From the sequence record NC_031126.1: a stretch of DNA of 64,000 nt; one strand, written 5' to 3'. Under the pieces are notes generated by a model. The model was given only the letters and a program-made list of their open reading frames with translations, had not been told where the DNA came from and searched no databases. Positions 44,726 to 53,437 of this stretch are shown here, piece after piece. The translations under genes were made by a program, and so were the position numbers. How positions within the stretch are numbered: the stretch's first letter is position 1; each line of letters begins with the position of its first letter.

Positions 44726-45199
44726 ATGGAAAAGAATAACGACTTGCGCGGATTACAAATCACGGGACAAGGCGAAGACAACAATGGTAAGTTCTACAGT
44801 GTTGTGTTGTTGGATACTGCTCGCATGTCTGCTGACGGGCGTCAGTATAACGGCGATATCGCTCATTTGATTCGTGGCATTAAGCGTCAGCCGCGCGTGC
44901 TGTGTGAAGTTGACCCGTACCACGACTACCGTTTCCAAATCCCGATGTCCGATGATAAATACGCCTCGGCGGTCTGTACCATTGACCAAAAGAACGTGTG
45001 CGCATCTATCGAGAACATTCGTCATGATAAGATGAAAGGAACGGTGAAGGCAGAGTTACGTCCGTTTGGCCCACACGCCCGTATGGTGAATGAGTTGATG
45101 GGCGATCGTAATCAAAACATTAAGTTTGGGATGCGGGCGTTGGCTACACCGGGCGGTGCGATCGATAAAGTTATCTGTTGGGACTTGCTACCAGAATGA
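44726..45199 (+). CDS. degenerate paralog of phiKZ gp175/T4 gp21-type prohead protease
   Basis: GKFYSVVL, CEVDPY (for GE.GHP), IDQKNVCASI, ELRPFGP, NIKFGMRA (for N..FSIRS), ICWDL (for VTWD.V). Confidence 0.6.
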   Translation: MEKNNDLRGLQITGQGEDNNGKFYSVVLLDTARMSADGRQYNGDIAHLIRGIKRQPRVLCEVDPYHDYRFQIPMSDDKYASAVCTIDQKNVCASIENIRHDKMKGTVKAELRPFGPHARMVNELMGDRNQNIKFGMRALATPGGAIDKVICWDLLPE

Positions 45200-45396
45200 G
45201 CATATCAGAACTGTTCTATTGGGTAATGATGATACTGGCTGGGTACTATCTCATCCACTGTGTTATTGACGGTATAAAGGATTTGTTCAAGGGTGACTTG
45301 ATGGGAATGTTTGTGGCGTTTGTTTTCGCGATTATCGCGTGGAACATTCACAAATGGGCCTTCATTAAGCTCGCGCCATTACAAACCTTGTTCTAA
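45196..45396 (+). CDS. small two-TM membrane protein
   Basis: 66 aa from ATG 45196; two hydrophobic segments. Confidence 0.65.
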   Translation: MSISELFYWVMMILAGYYLIHCVIDGIKDLFKGDLMGMFVAFVFAIIAWNIHKWAFIKLAPLQTLF

Positions 45397-45408
45397 CTAA
45401 AAGAAGCT

Positions 45409-45430
45409 CAGATAGATATTATCTTGATGA
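45409..45430 (+). promoter_or_regulatory. putative early promoter
   Basis: cagatagatattatcttgatga. Confidence 0.65.
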
Positions 45431-45465
45431 GCTTCGGTTATTTCTTTTTTTCGAAAGGGAACATT

Positions 45466-45663
45466 ATGGTCGCGGTCTATTGGGTCGTATTTTTTATCTC
45501 AGCGCTATTCACTGGGATGAAAGGGGCGCAGCTTCATGACTGTTGGAAGAAGCGTAAACGTTTGGGCGTTGATGGGAAACAGAAACTCATCGGCGTGATT
45601 ATCGCCTTCATTATCGGTGTCGGTTTATTAACCTGGCCACTGTATCGCATTTGGCATCTGTAA
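45466..45663 (+). CDS. small two-TM membrane protein with basic loop
   Basis: 65 aa from ATG 45466; WKKRKR between two hydrophobic segments. Confidence 0.7.
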   Translation: MVAVYWVVFFISALFTGMKGAQLHDCWKKRKRLGVDGKQKLIGVIIAFIIGVGLLTWPLYRIWHL

Positions 45664-45687
45664 GTTACCATTAAGGAGTATTAACTA

Positions 45688-46746
45688 ATGACGCGTGTTG
45701 TGACATTAACCGGCGGTTTAGATTCTACCTGGGTGTTGAACAAGCTAATAAATTTGCCTGACGATATGCCTGCGGAATTTATTCGTCCGGTGTACCTGGA
45801 TTTTAATCAGGGGATTCGGGCCGCATTCCTAGAGTATATACTCAGTAGTGAGTCCGCGTTGCGCATGCTGAAGAAATCACATTTCTATCAGCGAAGTTTG
45901 GATTGGCGTTCACCGCCACCAAATACCTTTAACCACATCCGTGGAAAATATCTAACGCGACTGGTGCAACAGGGTAACGTCATTACGTCTTTGGCATTGG
46001 TGATGAATGATGAACTGTGCCGCGAAAACGATGCGGTCACGGCGTACGTTGGATGGAACAAAGGCGATTGCATCGAGCGTAACTTTACTCGTGGCGAGTG
46101 GAGCGAGGCGGATTACGAACGTTTGCGTGTGATGTACGAAAGCCTCATTTATTTCCAAGACCACGCCCCGCGTGTTCATCCGCTGATGACCCCCGCTTGG
46201 GATAAAACCAAGTTCGAGATGTGGAAGGAACTACAGCCGGATATCCGCGAGCTGATTACTGTGGCGTCGCACTATTCCATTGAATACATACCGTGCCCAG
46301 AAATCGACGTTATGTACGTTGAAATAAACCTGGGGAACTCAGCAAAGCATGCGCGGTATCATGCGATGGGTATCGAATTGTCTGTGGCTTGGCGCTTTGC
46401 GCTGAACGAGCCGTTCTGGAAACGTATACAGAAAACCACCTGTCCGCTGGATGGTATTGGTCCATCGTTACCTGGCATCCTGTTCAATGTTCCCGAAGAG
46501 TTTAAAGTTAAAGATGGTTGGAAAGGAGCACTGTGCCTTGAACCGAAAGACGAGCCGTTAATCATTAAATCGTTCTCCCGTGAAGAATGGGCAGAATATC
46601 GCCCTAAACTGGAAAGTTATCTGCGGGAGCGTGATGAGCATGACCGAGAGCGCCGAGCTGCTGAAACCCCGTCTGGAAATCTGGACAGTACAGATGGCGA
46701 AGTGGCGGAAAGTGTGGGAGATTCAGCCGTCGGTTCGGCTGGTTGA
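45688..46746 (+). CDS. QueC-like PP-loop ATP pyrophosphatase-fold protein
   Basis: VVTLTGGLDSTW (SGGxDS-like PP-loop), VYLDFNQ, AYVGWNKGD, TPAWDKTKFEM; no C-terminal Cys4 zinc motif. Confidence 0.65.
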   Translation: MTRVVTLTGGLDSTWVLNKLINLPDDMPAEFIRPVYLDFNQGIRAAFLEYILSSESALRMLKKSHFYQRSLDWRSPPPNTFNHIRGKYLTRLVQQGNVITSLALVMNDELCRENDAVTAYVGWNKGDCIERNFTRGEWSEADYERLRVMYESLIYFQDHAPRVHPLMTPAWDKTKFEMWKELQPDIRELITVASHYSIEYIPCPEIDVMYVEINLGNSAKHARYHAMGIELSVAWRFALNEPFWKRIQKTTCPLDGIGPSLPGILFNVPEEFKVKDGWKGALCLEPKDEPLIIKSFSREEWAEYRPKLESYLRERDEHDRERRAAETPSGNLDSTDGEVAESVGDSAVGSAG

Positions 46747-47050
46747 CATCACAGTCAAAACGGGTAATAAATTATTAGCCCCGACCTGGGACTTCCTGAT
46801 GGAATATAAAAACTCCAATAAGGATGCCGAGGCCGAGGCTGTTTATACCCAAAAATACCGTGCGAAAATTAAGCAGCTCTATAGGACGGAACCCGATGTT
46901 CTGTTAGAGCTATTGTACGCAGGGCGTATTGCCCTGATGTGTTTCTGTCCGGCTGGCAAATTCTGTCACCGTCATTTACTTATCCAAACCTTCCAAGCAC
47001 TCGGCGTACGTTATGACGTCGAAATTGTCTTGATGGGTGAAATTACCTAA
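46640..47050 (+). CDS. DUF488-like protein
   Basis: IWTVQMAK, DITVKTG...LAPTWD, IALMCFCPAGKFCHRHLL; start ATG 46640 (or 46634) after gggag. Confidence 0.65.
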   Translation: MTESAELLKPRLEIWTVQMAKWRKVWEIQPSVRLVDITVKTGNKLLAPTWDFLMEYKNSNKDAEAEAVYTQKYRAKIKQLYRTEPDVLLELLYAGRIALMCFCPAGKFCHRHLLIQTFQALGVRYDVEIVLMGEIT

Positions 47051-47062
47051 AGGAGTATTGTC

Positions 47063-47917
47063 ATGTTTAAAGCCCCTGTTCATCACATTGGACACCTGCT
47101 GGCAACTGCTGGTCGCATTAACAAACTAGCCGAAATCACCCAGCTGAAACACACCATCGAATTAATTCGCTGCATCAACGTCAGCAAGAATCCAGAATTC
47201 GAGTGGAACCGTTTCTTGCGTAATGCGTACCTTGCCCTGAACCGCTTGCCGGAAGATGATGTGGAAGCACACCACATCAAGAACATGCTGACCAAAGCAG
47301 TGGATATGTTTAACAATGAAATTCCATTCCATCCGTTGGAAGCTTCCACTACCATGCAGATTTGCGATAAACTGGAAGACTGGGAAGCCGATGTATTGAC
47401 TGGTAAGGTACATGCAGATGATGCATTGGCGAGATTCAGCCCAGAGGAAACAACAGCACAGAACGCTCTGCGTCTGAAGTTCCGTTTGGATGTCAGTCGT
47501 GAAATTGGTTTGGTACCGATGCAAGAGTTACAACGCGTATTAGCATCTCTGCCGTTTGACATCGAAATCACCACACCAATAAGTCGTGCCACGTTGTTCG
47601 ATAAGCCAGTAAAAATTGTCTACGTGGGTGCGAAGCGTACCAGTGCTTCTGGCGCTTTGGATTTCGACCGTATCCAGTGCACCTTTACCTTTGACCAACC
47701 CATCACCCCATTAGCCCGCGACCTCATCAAAGAACGGATGCTGGAACGTAAAATTGGCGGCGGTTTCCACTGGGAAGAGGACTCGTTGATTGTAACGTGT
47801 ACCTGTTCTTCGAAGGACGAAGTGGGTACCGCGTTGAAATGGCGTAACACGGTTGAAGACGAGTTGGGTGAAGTGCTGCGTAGTCTGAACACTACGTCTG
47901 ACGGCTTCATCCGTTAA
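47063..47917 (+). CDS. hypothetical protein
   Basis: 284 aa; aaaggag RBS. Confidence 0.8.
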   Translation: MFKAPVHHIGHLLATAGRINKLAEITQLKHTIELIRCINVSKNPEFEWNRFLRNAYLALNRLPEDDVEAHHIKNMLTKAVDMFNNEIPFHPLEASTTMQICDKLEDWEADVLTGKVHADDALARFSPEETTAQNALRLKFRLDVSREIGLVPMQELQRVLASLPFDIEITTPISRATLFDKPVKIVYVGAKRTSASGALDFDRIQCTFTFDQPITPLARDLIKERMLERKIGGGFHWEEDSLIVTCTCSSKDEVGTALKWRNTVEDELGEVLRSLNTTSDGFIR

Positions 47918-47928
47918 GTGGTGGCAGC

Positions 47929-48324
47929 ATGGCTAAGATGACACTGGTCATTAAAGAAGGCCGTAATGGAACTAACGTGGAGATTATGTCCACGTTACAA
48001 TCCATGGTCGAGCCAACGGGTAAGTACAGTCCAGAAAACTGCATTGCTCGTTTCCGTAAGTTAATGTTAAGTCATTCGTACATCTACTACCACTGTGGTG
48101 AGAACGCTATCAGTGACCACGAGTGGCAACGCTGGGCTTATATGCTGATGGTCTTACAGGACAGTTTCCCCGACGCTTGTACTCAGGGATTCTACGACGA
48201 AGCATTTGTTAACTGGGATGGGTCGAGCGGTTACGACCTTCCAGTTGATGATGAGATTCGTAGTTGGGCTGAGAAAGACTTCCGCATTTATAGACAGGCG
48301 CAATTAGTACACCCAGAGGGATGA
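47929..48324 (+). CDS. stand-alone NAD+-dependent DNA ligase domain Ia-like protein
   Basis: HSYIYYHCGENAISDHEWQRWAYML..LQ..FPD matches the LigA Ia pattern H-x-Y-x-YY...ISD-x-EYD...L..LE..FPE. Confidence 0.7.
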   Translation: MAKMTLVIKEGRNGTNVEIMSTLQSMVEPTGKYSPENCIARFRKLMLSHSYIYYHCGENAISDHEWQRWAYMLMVLQDSFPDACTQGFYDEAFVNWDGSSGYDLPVDDEIRSWAEKDFRIYRQAQLVHPEG

Positions 48325-48716
48325 TCATGACCATCGACTACACTGTGAAAGTAAAGTTAGTTTTCCCCGCCGCAGACCCAGACTTCTACACAACGGTTTG
48401 TGCAGTACAAGCCCGTTTACGGGAGCAAGGTTACACCAACACGGAAATCGTAGAACGTCCGTTTGGTTTCTTCCGCCATGCGAATCTGGATGAGGTTGTG
48501 CGTAACCGCATGATTGCCCAGTACCGATTAACGTTGGCGGGTTGTTTAGACCTGCATGTAACCGAACCGGAAACCTGTAAGCATATCGGAATGATTAACG
48601 TGTGGCACGATGTATTCACGCATGTTATTCCTACCGGAACATCTATCGAATTCTCACCGACGTTAGCCATGCTGAATGTTGCCGCATTGAAAAACGTCTA
48701 CGATACCCTTAACTAA
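48321..48716 (+). CDS. hypothetical protein
   Basis: 131 aa; ATGA coupling. Confidence 0.7.
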   Translation: MIMTIDYTVKVKLVFPAADPDFYTTVCAVQARLREQGYTNTEIVERPFGFFRHANLDEVVRNRMIAQYRLTLAGCLDLHVTEPETCKHIGMINVWHDVFTHVIPTGTSIEFSPTLAMLNVAALKNVYDTLN

Positions 48717-48739
48717 AATACCCCAGAAGGATAATCACC

Positions 48740-49633
48740 GTGAATAAAGAACCACTAATCATCGTCCCACTGTTTGAAGAACACATTCCTGTTCGTGACC
48801 CTATCGTGCATGCCAAAATGTGCATGTTGCGTAAAGCCTATACCCTGGCGTACCGTAAGCGCCACCGCATTACCATTGGTCTGATTCCGGCAACTCCGAA
48901 CGCTGTCAAGTTTGTCTGCGACCTCGGCATGTACGGGTATATGGCCCTGCACAAGCTCAAGAAGGATGCGCCAGAAGCACTGGAAATTATCCAGATGCTG
49001 AGCGATATGTACAAAGAGTTCACCACAGGTGAGAAATTTGAATATCACCACACGGACATGATGTATAAGCTGGCGGTAGAAGACGAAAGCTACGGCATCC
49101 CTGAACGCTCACTCATCACCTCGAAACCACAGCCAACTGGCGAGAAGGTCACCAACTCCGGTTTCTGCGGACAGCAGAACTTTGGGGATATTTTCCTGAC
49201 CACCACTAACAATTTACCAGAGGCGATGAAGCTGGAACTGGCGCGTGTCTTAGACCGTTGGAATTCCGGACAGAATCACGTCCTCGACCAATCGGAGATG
49301 GACATTATTCCGTCAGCCACCCAAGTTGTTGTGGACTACCAGGGCAATGGTATCTATCGAGTTAACCTGCATGCCGTTGGGCATGAAATTACAAACACGG
49401 CCATGCGCATGGTGGTTGCTCGTTTGAAAGGGAAAACGGAGCGTGGTTGTTCGTACCACCTCGAAGGAAAAGGTCAGTTGTTCGTTGAGATTGACAGCCT
49501 CAAGAATGAAAAACATCAGCTGGTTATTGACTTGGTCAAGACCGGCATCCAAAACAACGTGGTTCACACGGTACTCGACATTTGCGCTAAGCGTTACGAA
49601 TGTGAGATTGTGTTGAAGCCTCGCAAGAAGTAA
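48740..49633 (+). CDS. hypothetical protein
   Basis: 297 aa; GTG start after aagga. Confidence 0.75.
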   Translation: MNKEPLIIVPLFEEHIPVRDPIVHAKMCMLRKAYTLAYRKRHRITIGLIPATPNAVKFVCDLGMYGYMALHKLKKDAPEALEIIQMLSDMYKEFTTGEKFEYHHTDMMYKLAVEDESYGIPERSLITSKPQPTGEKVTNSGFCGQQNFGDIFLTTTNNLPEAMKLELARVLDRWNSGQNHVLDQSEMDIIPSATQVVVDYQGNGIYRVNLHAVGHEITNTAMRMVVARLKGKTERGCSYHLEGKGQLFVEIDSLKNEKHQLVIDLVKTGIQNNVVHTVLDICAKRYECEIVLKPRKK

Positions 49634-49654
49634 GTACCCCATCAGGAGAATCAA

Positions 49655-50182
49655 ATGCACATGAGTTTCTTTACGAAGCGCGAACGCGGCTTCTTGACTA
49701 AATGTCTAACACAGGGTTTGAGCATTGCCACTAACGCTCAGGCCGAAGCATTAACCATCGAACCCATTAAAGAAGTGATTGCGAAGCGTTACCCAGAAGA
49801 GAACTGGGACGACTGGTATCGTGAAGCTCTGCTGGTTCACGGTTCTTTAATGGCATTGGCGGAGTATAACACCTGCAAGCGTCTTGATGGTTGGACGTGG
49901 TATGTGCCGCGTACACCGGACCGCTTACATCTGGCCGACAACCCAGATGAACCGTTTACGATTATGCCGATTGCCCACCCGGAACGTTTGGATGAGCATC
50001 TTCGTGTTATCTGGGATAGACCGCGTCAGGAACTGATGATGATTATCGAGTTACTGACGGACTCCGGTAAGTTCAAAGCCATCGAAGTGGACTCCCCGGA
50101 TAAGAAGCATGTCTATTGGCGTTTGACGTGGACAGCAGGCCCATTCCATAACCGTAACATCATCTATCTGCACCGGAGATAA
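49655..50182 (+). CDS. hypothetical protein
   Basis: 175 aa; caggag RBS. Confidence 0.75.
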   Translation: MHMSFFTKRERGFLTKCLTQGLSIATNAQAEALTIEPIKEVIAKRYPEENWDDWYREALLVHGSLMALAEYNTCKRLDGWTWYVPRTPDRLHLADNPDEPFTIMPIAHPERLDEHLRVIWDRPRQELMMIIELLTDSGKFKAIEVDSPDKKHVYWRLTWTAGPFHNRNIIYLHRR

Positions 50183-50184
50183 TC

Positions 50185-50541
50185 ATGGCGGTCTCTTTAC
50201 GTGCTGTAAACGAGCGTATCCGTAAGTATTTCGGACTTCCTCCAAAACCAACTTATCAGGAGCTGGAGGAAGAAGTGACTCGACTCCGCCGAGATAATCG
50301 CTCGCTGGTCAATATCGCACACGATGCGCTTAAACGATCGGAAGATTCCGATTCTCGGGCGTTACGCATGGCGGGAATGAAAGCCACCGAATTCCGCTGG
50401 CCGGGTTCCCGACAATTGATGTTAGGTAGTATCGTGAACTACGGCAAGGCATTGAGGAAACGTCGGGATAAAACCCGTTACAAGTTACTCTCGTTCTGCG
50501 TTCGTTTCAATGTTAAACCGCCGGAGGTTTCCAGTGATTAA
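50185..50541 (+). CDS. small coiled-coil protein
   Basis: YQELEEEVTRLRRDNRSL heptads. Confidence 0.7.
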   Translation: MAVSLRAVNERIRKYFGLPPKPTYQELEEEVTRLRRDNRSLVNIAHDALKRSEDSDSRALRMAGMKATEFRWPGSRQLMLGSIVNYGKALRKRRDKTRYKLLSFCVRFNVKPPEVSSD

Positions 50542-50818
50542 GAAACTCTTAAAGCATATCTTCCAACCGCAGAAAGTGATTGATGAAATGGATTTAAGTC
50601 TGCGTCTGGAAACGGCCATTAAGCATATCGATTCTTTGGAAACGATGGCAAATGGACATGCCGAGGTTCTGGTTGATTTGGTGAACCGGATGGAAGAATC
50701 GACCGATCCTGAAATGCGGCTACTGGCTGGTAACATCAAAAAGAATACCGTCGGTGCAATAAACACCATGAAAGAAATGCATAACTTCCGTGTCATCTTC
50801 AATATCGATAAGGTGTAG
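50534..50818 (+). CDS. small coiled-coil protein
   Basis: Start re-assigned to GTG 50534 after ggagg. Confidence 0.65.
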   Translation: MIKKLLKHIFQPQKVIDEMDLSLRLETAIKHIDSLETMANGHAEVLVDLVNRMEESTDPEMRLLAGNIKKNTVGAINTMKEMHNFRVIFNIDKV

Positions 50819-50820
50819 TC

Positions 50821-51162
50821 ATGTTGAACTGGCTGATAGCGAAAATCAACAAGCGGCAGAAGTTTCTCCTCGAGGAGAATTCTCGGCTGCGTAAGCAGTT
50901 GCGTAACGAAAAGGAAAAGGCCGAGGTACTGCAAGACTGTCTGAATGACCTCAAGTCTGCGGTAACTAAGGCACTTAATACTATCCAGATGGGCGACACG
51001 ACCATTGAAAACGGCCGTCGGCAGATTCAGGTAGTTGACCACGATCTGGGTATGGAATATATCCGCACTGGTTGCGGTGAACTGAACGGTAAACTCCGCT
51101 GGATTGACCGTGAACTTGAAACTCTTAAACGAAAGGATGATCCCCGTGAACAACGAGTCTAA
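50821..51162 (+). CDS. small coiled-coil protein
   Basis: LLEENSRLRKQLRNEKEK heptads. Confidence 0.7.
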   Translation: MLNWLIAKINKRQKFLLEENSRLRKQLRNEKEKAEVLQDCLNDLKSAVTKALNTIQMGDTTIENGRRQIQVVDHDLGMEYIRTGCGELNGKLRWIDRELETLKRKDDPREQRV

Positions 51163-51493
51163 TGAAAGTCTGGCTTTGGCTATTGAGCACATGAAAGTTG
51201 ACCAACTCACCCGCTTGCAACATAAGACCGCAAGTGATCTTCAGGCCGCTGTGACGATGGCCCGCCATACTGTCGCCCGCAACAAAGAACTGATTCAGCA
51301 GTTGAGCGACATACAGACAGACTGCCTCACTGAATCGGCGCGTGCTACATTCGAACGTATCGGTGACGTGATGCGTGAGCATGAAAGCTGGGCAGAGAAG
51401 TTTGCCGATGAACTGTCGTGTTCGTTGGGCATCAACCCACGTAATACCGACGAACCGATGGCACCGCTGGTGTTCCTCAAAGCGAAGGAGTAA
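51137..51493 (+). CDS. small coiled-coil protein
   Basis: Start re-assigned to ATG 51137 (or GTG 51146). Confidence 0.65.
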   Translation: MIPVNNESNESLALAIEHMKVDQLTRLQHKTASDLQAAVTMARHTVARNKELIQQLSDIQTDCLTESARATFERIGDVMREHESWAEKFADELSCSLGINPRNTDEPMAPLVFLKAKE

Positions 51494-51496
51494 TCG

Positions 51497-51820
51497 ATGG
51501 GCGAATTGGTGAATCTCTATACTGACCTCACAGGTAAATCACCCCAGGAAGTTCTGGAATCATTACAACGTGGGGAACGTGTGCAAGATACCGATGCCAA
51601 CGCCGATGCGATTCTGATGACGCTCGTTCCTCTACGGGGCGAGCATTACCAAATCGCACTGTTAGGTAGCGAATATGTGGTACGTACGCCAGGACGCGAA
51701 TACGAGGCTTTTAGAGCCCCTCGCACAATAGGTGGTGTTGTACTGGTGGTTTGTGGATTAGAACGCGCTATACGGGAATGTGCTATTTACATTGCCAGTG
51801 GCGGGAAGGGGCATTTCTAA
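51497..51820 (+). CDS. hypothetical protein
   Basis: 107 aa; aaggag RBS. Confidence 0.7.
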   Translation: MGELVNLYTDLTGKSPQEVLESLQRGERVQDTDANADAILMTLVPLRGEHYQIALLGSEYVVRTPGREYEAFRAPRTIGGVVLVVCGLERAIRECAIYIASGGKGHF

Positions 51821-52242
51821 TGGGTTTACTGCGTTGGATAAAAAGAAACGAATTACGGCGTATCAAGTATCTGGAAAAAGAACTTGAGGCGAAAAAGAAA
51901 GAAGCGTTTGATGCATGGGTGGTGAATAACCAAAACGGCAATCGTTTGTTCAACATCATGGCGCACTTGAACGTTTCCATGCAGGGTGGGCGTGACTGGG
52001 CTACGGTGTTTAACGAGACCATTGCCCAATTTAGTGAGGATGAACAGACCGGGGTTCGTCAAGCTGTATTGGAAACGATGCATCGATTTCAACTCGAAGG
52101 TAAGAATCTCAATATGATTCAAGACCCGGTATTTGAGTTCCCTGAACCACACCGGGTAGTATTCCCGAATGGCACCGAAGTAATGGGTTTGTCAGATAGA
52201 CCCGCCGATAACGATTGGTGGAAAACACATTCCGGCCGTTAA
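51820..52242 (+). CDS. hypothetical protein
   Basis: Start re-assigned to ATG 51820 (TAATG coupling). Confidence 0.7.
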   Translation: MGLLRWIKRNELRRIKYLEKELEAKKKEAFDAWVVNNQNGNRLFNIMAHLNVSMQGGRDWATVFNETIAQFSEDEQTGVRQAVLETMHRFQLEGKNLNMIQDPVFEFPEPHRVVFPNGTEVMGLSDRPADNDWWKTHSGR

Positions 52243-52266
52243 TAGTAAACCATTAAGGAGAATCAC

Positions 52267-53217
52267 ATGTCAGTAAAACAACGTAAGCTTCGCGCCGCTA
52301 AACGCGCACACCACGCCAAGAAAAGTAAACAAGAGCGTGTACAATACAATCTTTCTCGAGTTGGGATTAACGCACACCTTGACGCAGGTAAGCTGTCGAC
52401 TATGGACAGAATTCTGGCACCAGGGGCATCGTTGAGTTTGAACCCACCTCCGTCTATCCAGGACATTGAAGGACTACTTCACACATCGAATATGCATGCC
52501 ATCACCCGTGCTTTAGAAGAACTGGATGTCGGGTATGTTAAACCGAAACGGCGAGATGAAGTAATTAAAGCGGTGAGCTATGCTCTCGAGCGTGATGACT
52601 TTGATGATTTAGACGACCTGGCGAATCACAGTATCTTGCAACTCCAGCTTGGCCGATTAACACACCAGGGTGAGATTGTACTGGTTGACGCGATGACCGG
52701 CTTCCCGCCACCGTCGCAGGCAATCGAAATGATTGTGCTGCAAGCCCGTGCGGTTTGGGAGAAAAGTGAAGAGAAGTTGATTACCCCGACCACCGACAAC
52801 ATCGTTGACTGGCTGATTACTTTCGGACAGAAAATCTGCAAAGTTAAAATCCAGGATTATTTAGGTATCCTCAATACCGGAACACCTCGTGGGTGGTTTG
52901 ACGATATCGATCCGGAAATGTTTTCTCGTATTCGTGCACTGGCTGGCAATACCACCTTCTTCCCCCACTTCCCGCAAATGCAGGCTGACGTCCCTAACCC
53001 TGGGGACTTGGTGATTGACATGGAAGATAACGTGGGTGAAGGTATCTTCAAGATTATCAAGGGTCGAATTGGTGAGTTAGGAGATGAGCGATTCGTTATC
53101 GATTCATTATCTGGTTTAGTACCCGACGCGCTGAAAGATATCGATGTCGGTGAACCAAAGAAATCACCGTACGGTAACATCTTCCTAACTACCCCGAAAG
53201 GAAAAGACGATGCTTAA
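52267..53217 (+). CDS. hypothetical protein with basic N-terminus
   Basis: 316 aa; taaggag RBS. Confidence 0.8.
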   Translation: MSVKQRKLRAAKRAHHAKKSKQERVQYNLSRVGINAHLDAGKLSTMDRILAPGASLSLNPPPSIQDIEGLLHTSNMHAITRALEELDVGYVKPKRRDEVIKAVSYALERDDFDDLDDLANHSILQLQLGRLTHQGEIVLVDAMTGFPPPSQAIEMIVLQARAVWEKSEEKLITPTTDNIVDWLITFGQKICKVKIQDYLGILNTGTPRGWFDDIDPEMFSRIRALAGNTTFFPHFPQMQADVPNPGDLVIDMEDNVGEGIFKIIKGRIGELGDERFVIDSLSGLVPDALKDIDVGEPKKSPYGNIFLTTPKGKDDA

Positions 53218-53437
53218 ACCCCGCAAGCAAAACAGGATGACGAAGGTTAAACGTCACGTCGCCAACACCCCGTACTTTGGCTATTACCTTTACCGTGGGA
53301 AAAGCTGGCGTGGTAAGTGGAAAGTTCGTTGTGCCCCGCCTGTGGCGTTCTGGCCAACTGGTATTGGTCACATCATCCTGATGGATGAGCAAGGCAACCC
53401 CATTAAAGGAGAATCAGAAAATGTTAAAACCGCGTAA
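53210..53437 (+). CDS. small basic protein (MLKPRK N-terminus)
   Basis: 75 aa; aaagga RBS; overlaps both neighbours. Confidence 0.6.
   Translation: MLKPRKQNRMTKVKRHVANTPYFGYYLYRGKSWRGKWKVRCAPPVAFWPTGIGHIILMDEQGNPIKGESENVKTA

Noticed and set aside
47929-48324. Truncated NAD-dependent DNA ligase pseudogene
   Set aside because: Clean coupled start and stop, and neighbours show no ligase remnants in any frame; better read as a stand-alone domain
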